Source: an uncultured Alphaproteobacteria bacterium (lineage in GTDB: Bacteria > Pseudomonadota > Alphaproteobacteria > RF32 > CAG-239). From it: DNA of 44,568 bases. Of the stretch, positions 43,797 to 44,568 are shown in pieces. Location of the stretch: NCBI GenBank assembly GCA_944392185.1, contig CALXVW010000096.1, forward strand, positions 1-44,568. Reading direction: 5' to 3'. Position numbers and translations under genes: made by a program. Position 1 is the stretch's first letter. Each line of letters starts with the position of its first letter. Under the pieces are notes generated by a model. The model searched no databases. It saw nothing but the letters and a program-made list of their open reading frames with translations, and was not told the origin of the DNA.

Positions 43797-44360
43797 ATGA
43801 AAAAATGGTGCTTGCTTGCTCTTTTTTGTTGGTGGCCGGTTGCTTTTGCCAATGCCCAAATGCCTTATATTGAAGAAGTGCGCGCTCTGGGGGCAATCGC
43901 CGGGCAGGGGTTGGCTTGCGGGTCCTCAAAATATGATACGTTTGAGATGTTGGCCAGAGCAATATTGCTTACTAAGTCTCCGTCTGACAAGCTCCAAAAT
44001 GACGCTATCTATGCTTATTCCGAGGAAAAAGCCAATGCCTATATCTCTAAAGAATTAGACGGTTTTTTTGAATGTGCGGAAATCAACCGCCGTTTTGATA
44101 GGCAAGAGATTTTTAAGGCGGTGCTCTATGCCGATGGAACCATTAAAATGCCTGATGGGCAAATACTTACTCCCCGCAAGCCCTATGATGCCCGCTATAT
44201 TTATAAGAATAACAAAGATCGTGAGGCGGCCAAAGCTATTTATAACGGCACTCAGGCCACAATTACGGAAGTGAAAGTTCAAGATGATGCCATTGCGCAG
44301 GCTAACGGAGCCGAGCTGCCGCCGCCGACAATCGGCCGAATCAGCCGCCGCCGCAATTAA
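43797..44360 (+). CDS. hypothetical secreted protein (187 aa)
   Basis: Signal peptide MKKWCLLALFCWWPVAFANA. No family recognised. Confidence 0.6.
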   Translation: MKKWCLLALFCWWPVAFANAQMPYIEEVRALGAIAGQGLACGSSKYDTFEMLARAILLTKSPSDKLQNDAIYAYSEEKANAYISKELDGFFECAEINRRFDRQEIFKAVLYADGTIKMPDGQILTPRKPYDARYIYKNNKDREAAKAIYNGTQATITEVKVQDDAIAQANGAELPPPTIGRISRRRN

Positions 44361-44425
44361 AAAGTTGCTTTTTGTTTTTTAGTCTGTATAGTCAAAGCCA
44401 ATCTGATAATTTATGGGAGATGAAA

Positions 44426-44568
44426 ATGGCTGCAGTTCAGTATGTGTTTGTCATGCAAAATTTAACCAAGGTCTTTCCGGGCGGAAAAGAGCTTTTTAAG
44501 GGAATTACACTTTCCTTCCTGCCGGGGGCAAAAATCGGTGTCTTGGGTGTGAATGGCGCCGGTAAGTC
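44426..44568 (+). CDS. ettA: ABC-F translational throttle protein EttA (5' part, runs off the window)
   Basis: MAAVQYVFVMQNLTKVFPGGKELFKGITLSFLPGAKIGVLGVNGAGKS aligns with the EttA N-terminus and Walker A. GGGAGA precedes the ATG. Confidence 0.85.
   Translation, partial: MAAVQYVFVMQNLTKVFPGGKELFKGITLSFLPGAKIGVLGVNGAGK

Overview
This is a 44.6-kb, gene-dense chromosomal segment, mostly housekeeping. I infer Alphaproteobacteria from a GapR/DUF2312 gene, a three-cistron pntAA-pntAB-pntB, and the rplY-pth-ychF and truB-rpsO-pnp gene orders. The genome is AT-leaning. Conserved genes are visibly GC-richer than lineage-specific ORFs (33/60 GC at 4261-4320 versus 19/60 at 10861-10920 and at 15421-15480). 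I call 47 protein genes, including rpmJ (missed by the ORF track because it is under 60 aa). The others include the ftsK 3' part, rbfA, truB, rpsO, pnp, rplY, pth, ychF, trmL, gloB, a GAF/HD-GYP protein, murJ, typA, adenosine kinase, ferredoxin, htpG, groES/EL, hydF, ogt, a split chrA pair, gapR, pyk and the ettA 5' part. I also call two tRNAs (Gly-GCC, Ser-CGA), about 18 intrinsic terminators and a few promoter candidates. I saw no CRISPR array, IS element, transposase, integrase or recognisable defence or toxin-antitoxin module, and I cannot point to a convincing multi-gene novel system. The observations most worth a second look are these. (1) A promoter-to-terminator unit with no ORF and a long-range helix lies between tRNA-Gly and a glycosyltransferase gene (30383-30609). 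(2) tRNA-Ser is flanked by a 5' partial copy upstream and a 3' partial copy downstream. (3) A hydF [FeFe]-hydrogenase maturase sits alone with no hydA/E/G nearby. (4) A BacNav-type channel has an atypical TLDGWAS filter and sits just downstream of an orphan A24 prepilin-peptidase-like gene. (5) An AT-rich acidic 470-aa ORFan is preceded by two 45-bp direct repeats spaced exactly 120 bp apart. All family assignments come from reading the translations by eye, with no database search.
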